From positions 124,001-188,000 of the forward strand of contig QPMI01000579.1 in assembly GCA_004431415.1 (NCBI GenBank): DNA of 64,000 nucleotides, read 5' to 3'. The position numbers and the translations under genes were made by a program. This document shows positions 61,201-64,000 of this stretch, piece after piece (the stretch's first letter is position 1; every line of letters starts with the position of its first letter). Origin of the DNA: Cyanophora paradoxa CCMP329 (taxonomy: Eukaryota; Plantae; Glaucophyta). The notes under the pieces are model-generated. The model was not told the origin of the DNA and did no database searches. It saw only the letters and a list, made by a program, of their open reading frames with translations.

Positions 61201-64000
61201 ACCGTCACGCGCCCTGTCTGCGCGATCGACGGCACGACTGGCGCAAAGGTCGCATTTGAGTACGCCATCCCGAATTCGTCCCCGCTCGTGAAAACGACGT
61301 TCGCAACCAAGGAGCCCGCCTGCAGCCCCTCCGCCGGGATCGTCACCCTCGCCACCGCGTAGACATTTGCGGGAGTTACGTCGACAAATATCGGCCCGCC
61401 CGCCTTCTTCGCGGCGTATGTGCACACCACGGCTTCCGCAATCCTGGCCTGCTGCGGGCACAGCAGCTGCGACGTAACTGTCGCGGGCAGCGGGGTTGCA
61501 GCATCATCCGGCGTGTCTGCACTCGCGGTTAGGCAGATCCTTTCAGATATGCAACGGTCCGATGGTCACGCGCGCTGTTCACTCACCAGGGTAAAGGAAG
61601 ACGCCGATGGCAGCTCCGGCGGGCCAGCCCGCCACCCCGAACCGCAGGCTCGGGTAGTTCTCCGGCAAAGTGTAGTGCATGCCTGCGCATTGACCATCGA
61701 CTTCCGGATCTCCAGGGATCGCGATCGTCTGCACGACCGCGTCAGCTCCCCGGCCCGTGAGAAACGCAGCAAGCATTGCGCTCACCTGGTTCGCATTTGT
61801 CCTATTTATCAGGTAGACCGGAGGTGTTCCAGCAATCGTATGATGCTTCCAGGATGTGTGGATTGCGAACGGCGTGCCCCGCAGATCAAGGTTCAGGATG
61901 CCGTCGGTATCGCAAGGTCCACCCCACGCTGGATAGTAGGCGTTGGACCCGGTAACAGCGCTGACGAAATCCATGGCGTTGACAGCAAAAGTGGGTCCGA
62001 GAGCTGTTGCGGGGTAGTCAAATCGCAGTCCCCAGAAATAATACCGGTAGGTGCCGCTGTAGATGTTGGCATAGTTTGATACCCCATACGCTCCGCCCAT
62101 TGGGAGAGCAAGGAAGTCGTTCGTCGAAAAATAAAAGAAGCGGTGTTGAACGTACTCGCCCGTCTCCTGCGCGACGGCACGATGGCGTGAGATAATCCAA
62201 TGCAAAATCCATTGCCAGAAGCTCGAGGCAACGAGAGTACCGAGTTCCTGAAAGCGTACATGCGCGCAGTGCCTGCTCGGAGAAATCGTGAGCGAACGGA
62301 CGCGGGCACGAATTCCGATGATATCCCCTTGACGTCTCACCCGTGACATTCACGAGAACAGAAGCTATTACGCCCACGGAAGCAAATGAAGCGGTAAGCG
62401 GGGCTGTTCTCAGAGCATCCGCGATTGACGCCGGCGATCCGACGAACGTGTACGTGACCTCGAAAACGAAGCTCGACCCCGAGGCCGCCATCAAAGAGCG
62501 ATCAACGACCGCCGTCAGTTTCGTCGCCAACATGCCAGGGTGGCTGAGCGTGACGTTCGACGCGAGCACCGAGACGGGCTCCTCGCGCCACCGCGTGGTC
62601 AGGTTACACCTGATTGCACGGCCATCATCGTGAGCGACAAAAGCACGAATAACGACTCTGCAGACTGCAGACGTCAGCGCACCTCAGGGTTTCGCCGGTG
62701 GTCACTAAGAAGAAGTTCCGGCCGGTCCGTGGTGCGCACTGCGCAGGCGCACATGGTCATAGCCGAGCACGCGGAATCGATCATCAGCCGCACGCGTGCG
62801 AGCGCAAAGTTCATAATATTAACACGGACCTGCATTATGCTTGTCGAATCCGGCTCGCCAAGAACGACGAGGGCGCGGGGCTGAACCAGAGTCCGCTCGA
62901 CAGAGACGGTGCTCCCGCTCGAACTCGTAAGCACGAATGTGCCTCGCAGCACCAGGTCCCATTTGCTCTGCTCGCAAGACGCTCGTCTTAAAAACAGCAA
63001 TTGGAATGCACTTGCTGCTGCCAGAGAGCGACTGCAGTTGCAGCTAAAATACGCACCGGCAAAAGCTCGCGTCCCGTCGCATTGAGAGGGAAAGAAAAGG
63101 AGTTGCTCGCTGTGGTGATAGGACCCGCCTGGAGCCGGACGATGCCAGTCGTGTTCGCCACAGATACATTGAAGATGCCACTCGCGCTCCCTTCCAACAT
63201 GGCCCCTGAGCCGACATGATTAGACAATTATCCTCAAGTGCAGGAGCTGGATGTTCCGTCATCATTGCACAACATTCGCACCTCGGACTGTCGCGATGAG
63301 AGCTGCTGGGAGGGAGACGTACGACAGGCGCGGGATTGAGAGCTCTGCCGACACCGTCCAGATTGAAATGGCCGCGCTTGTCACGACGGCAGCCGGGATG
63401 GCGTCCGGGTCGCTGAAAGCGGCTGCCACATCGCAGCTGGTCGGCGAGCCCGTGGCGTTGAGCGTGAATCGCAGCTCCGGGAGACCGCTCGTGCCATTCA
63501 CAACGACGATGTGTCCAGCAGCAATCGATCCCGCCACGCAGGACGTAATGTGCACTGAGAGCAGGGCCGGAGGCACGAAAGTACGGATTCCGCTCTTCGA
63601 AGGCACGATGGTGCAATCGACAGTGGAGTTGACCGCAATCAGGTCACTCCCGCAGGAAGCATTGACAGCGTCCGGCACATCTGCACGAAAGGTCGGCGAG
63701 CGGCATATAAAAATACCAACAGCGAAGTATCGCGATCCAGACCCGAGACAGCGATGACCGACGTGTTCGCGATGGGTGAGCCTCGATAAAGGGCTACAAG
63801 CCGGCCGCTCCCCAACGGCGCGAAGACTGGTGCGGACCCGCGTGCGCGCGGTAAATGAGCAAGAAATCCAGATATACAAAGGCTGCAGCGCCAGCTTAAG
63901 CGCACCCGGCTCTGTTGCCGAAATCTGCACGTCGGAAATCCCCGCCTCGGTTGCGTACCCGTACCCGGCGTTGGATCCAAAAAAGGCGAACGCCCTGTGC
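3405..64000 (-). CDS. Giant polycystin-1/REJ-like single-pass cell-surface receptor/adhesin (lectin-like + Ig/IPT + REJ + GAIN/GPS + 1 TM), 5'-partial, >100 short introns
   Basis: Beta-rich, NxS/T-rich exon fragments lie continuously on the - strand from 64000 to a TGA at 3405-3407 (...PLPPVQES*). Wherever I spliced manually (parts of 3.4-5.7, 12.8-25, 41.3, 44.4-45, 47.8-48.2 and 50.2-52.5 kb), short introns restore the frame, apart from two 1-nt deletions in repeat copies. I saw no internal promoter, signal peptide or true terminal exon. Not every junction was checked. Confidence 0.8.
3936..3971. repeat. Poly-G/poly-C tract in an intron
   Basis: About 36 consecutive G inside intron 3987-3897. 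Similar tracts lie at about 239-271, 29317-29339, 31142-31156 and 49262-49293. Confidence 0.9.
5050..5124 (-). other. Single transmembrane helix
   Basis: ILIPVVVAVVAAGGCTLCIAGAVIY, preceded by a PEEPTPTPAPAAGSSAS stalk and followed by RRRKRR (type I topology). Confidence 0.9.
5339..7450 (-). other. GAIN domain with GPS motif (HL|TSF)
   Basis: Spliced micro-exons give ...VIEVKLGTKTPVKGLTARIEMAMPITRGSINENDLIALVYWNEEQKQWMAIPQDGLAGFSFKEEMIEVDDPEVGKFARYILCSADHLTSFGV. The H-L-T codons are at 5357-5349 in exon 5379-5339. A helical region lies upstream (6100-7450). Confidence 0.8.
7450..9900 (-). other. REJ (PKD/REJ-like) module
   Basis: Characteristic motifs LAWEC, YGWSVVS, FTLDASRSRSLDDP..LLYCW, LLSPGVRYSATVTV and NTPPAGGRCAVSPAEGVALQTLFRATCEDWVDAQTPLRYQ. 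Confidence 0.8.
12748..17681. repeat. Intragenic tandem array 1: about 5.6 near-identical 880-bp units (3 exons + 3 introns, 214 codons each)
   Basis: Unit starts (PKVVSVADP) at 12779, 13658, 14697, 15577, 16457 and 17335, giving periods 879, 1039, 880, 880 and 878. Introns are 76+59+103 nt, so 880-238=642 nt is coding. Confidence 0.97.
13728..13902 (-). other. 175-bp AT-rich foreign insertion in one repeat intron, encoding a C1q-like peptide fragment
   Basis: Replaces the 16 nt CCCCGCGCAGCGCGAG present in sister copies (net +159). 66/175 = 38% GC, versus about 70-80% in the flanks. Stop-free on -: GSGSTFIKFNSYTTGFTRLGTSTFADGRFTCQTKGVYIVLGSSLSANISSGLAQLELF. Confidence 0.85.
20032..25330. repeat. 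Intragenic tandem array 2: about 4 units of the same 880-bp type plus about 2 units of a diverged 876-bp subtype
   Basis: Unit starts at 20424, 21304, 22184 and 23063 (type 1) and at about 23930 and 24806 (type 2; ...NRANLTTLVALAGLVP...). Type 2 shares the second half of the unit with type 1. Confidence 0.95.
32830..47790 (-). other. Array of 11 divergent L-type (legume/ConA-like) lectin-like domains, each nested in a Cys-containing Ig-like domain
   Basis: Domain starts at about 47780, 46590, 43540, 42390, 41165, 39950, 38565, 37290, 35890, 34670 and 33490. They share F.E.F...(L)GG.A.I.NG.L.LT....G.F....P..F...F.F.....GDG.SFSYG...W..V.I........W.P...W.F...A.TG......IDN..I. Confidence 0.7.
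43825..45650 (-). other. Two galactose-binding-like (jelly-roll) domains
   Basis: YSTTIDLTG..RETAYVQLQFLADDLVDDISVNG...MGTNTLTIRTWNSNFGGWNPSMLAVYVEV (about 44940-45650) and paralog FTTAIDLSGL..SAYVNISVLAQQRVDDILVNG...SRNLLTVRV (about 43825-44640). Confidence 0.6.
54330..54690 (-). other. GON-like domain (copy 1)
   Basis: DFLALP.....SNYANIY.....FWGLRFD.......VNAMDF....G.....AWGGPC...GILNLDLRGTPFAI..SW matches the GON pattern by eye. Confidence 0.55.
61801..62161 (-). other. GON-like domain (copy 2)
   Basis: Duplicate of 54330-54690 at offset 7471. Confidence 0.55.

Larger units (their letters stand above)
48990..64000 (-). other. Six further complete L-type lectin-like domains (+1 partial) with Ig-like spacers, in the duplicated region
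   Basis: Starts at about 60500/53020 (VVFKESFN), 58880/51400 (LVFERNFS) and 57375/49915 (LVFAENFT). The end of another domain is at 63910-64000. Confidence 0.7.
49705..64000. repeat. About 7.47-kb intragenic tandem duplication (copy 1 49705-57163, copy 2 57164 to beyond 64000)
   Basis: Paired ORFs at offsets of 7459-7489, e.g. 50986/58464, 54108/61579 and 55573/63044. The copies are nearly identical, including introns, with a few sharply bounded diverged patches. Confidence 0.97.

Noticed and set aside
3214-64000. Numerous long + strand ORFs and Arg/Gly/Pro-rich alternative-frame ORFs
   Set aside because: These are antisense or off-frame shadows of a GC-rich coding strand, with no recognisable domains; the - strand spliced frame explains the sequence.
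32830-64000. Diversity-generating retroelement acting on the lectin domains
   Set aside because: There is no reverse transcriptase and no TR/VR pair with adenine-specific differences; differences between copies are general and include introns.
9906-64000. Stop-codon readthrough, alternative genetic code, or an operon of many small genes
   Set aside because: The apparent stops and frame changes I checked fall within short GT/GC-AG introns under the standard code.
1-64000. Species assignment (intron style reminiscent of a glaucophyte or similar GC-rich alga)
   Set aside because: There is no marker gene in the window, so it cannot be supported from this sequence.

Overview
This is GC-rich nuclear DNA from a eukaryote, probably a unicellular alga or protist. 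It has many tiny spliceosomal introns (about 50-110 nt; donors GTGCGC/GTGAG and frequently GC; acceptors (C/G)GCAG), so the six-frame ORF track is mostly exon fragments and antisense shadows. Three genes are supported. (1) The 3' part of a conserved hypothetical membrane-protein gene on + (41-1313, 11 exons). (2) A small 96-aa tail-anchored protein with a SNARE-like C-terminus on - (1627-2189). (3) One enormous - strand gene that enters from beyond position 64000 and stops at 3405, roughly 14,000-16,000 aa in this window alone (estimate). From N to C it encodes Ig-like domains carrying about 18 inserted Trp/Tyr-rich L-type-lectin-like modules, GON-like and galactose-binding-like domains, a long IPT/TIG-like stalk with two near-identical 880-bp exon+intron tandem arrays, a REJ module, a GAIN domain with an intact HL|TSF autoproteolysis motif, one TM helix and a disordered RRxS-rich tail. 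This is a giant polycystin-1/REJ-like single-pass receptor. It is being remodelled by 880-bp and 7.5-kb duplications with mosaic homogenisation. One repeat intron contains a 175-bp AT-rich foreign fragment encoding a C1q-like peptide. Domain names come from motif recognition by eye; no searches were run.
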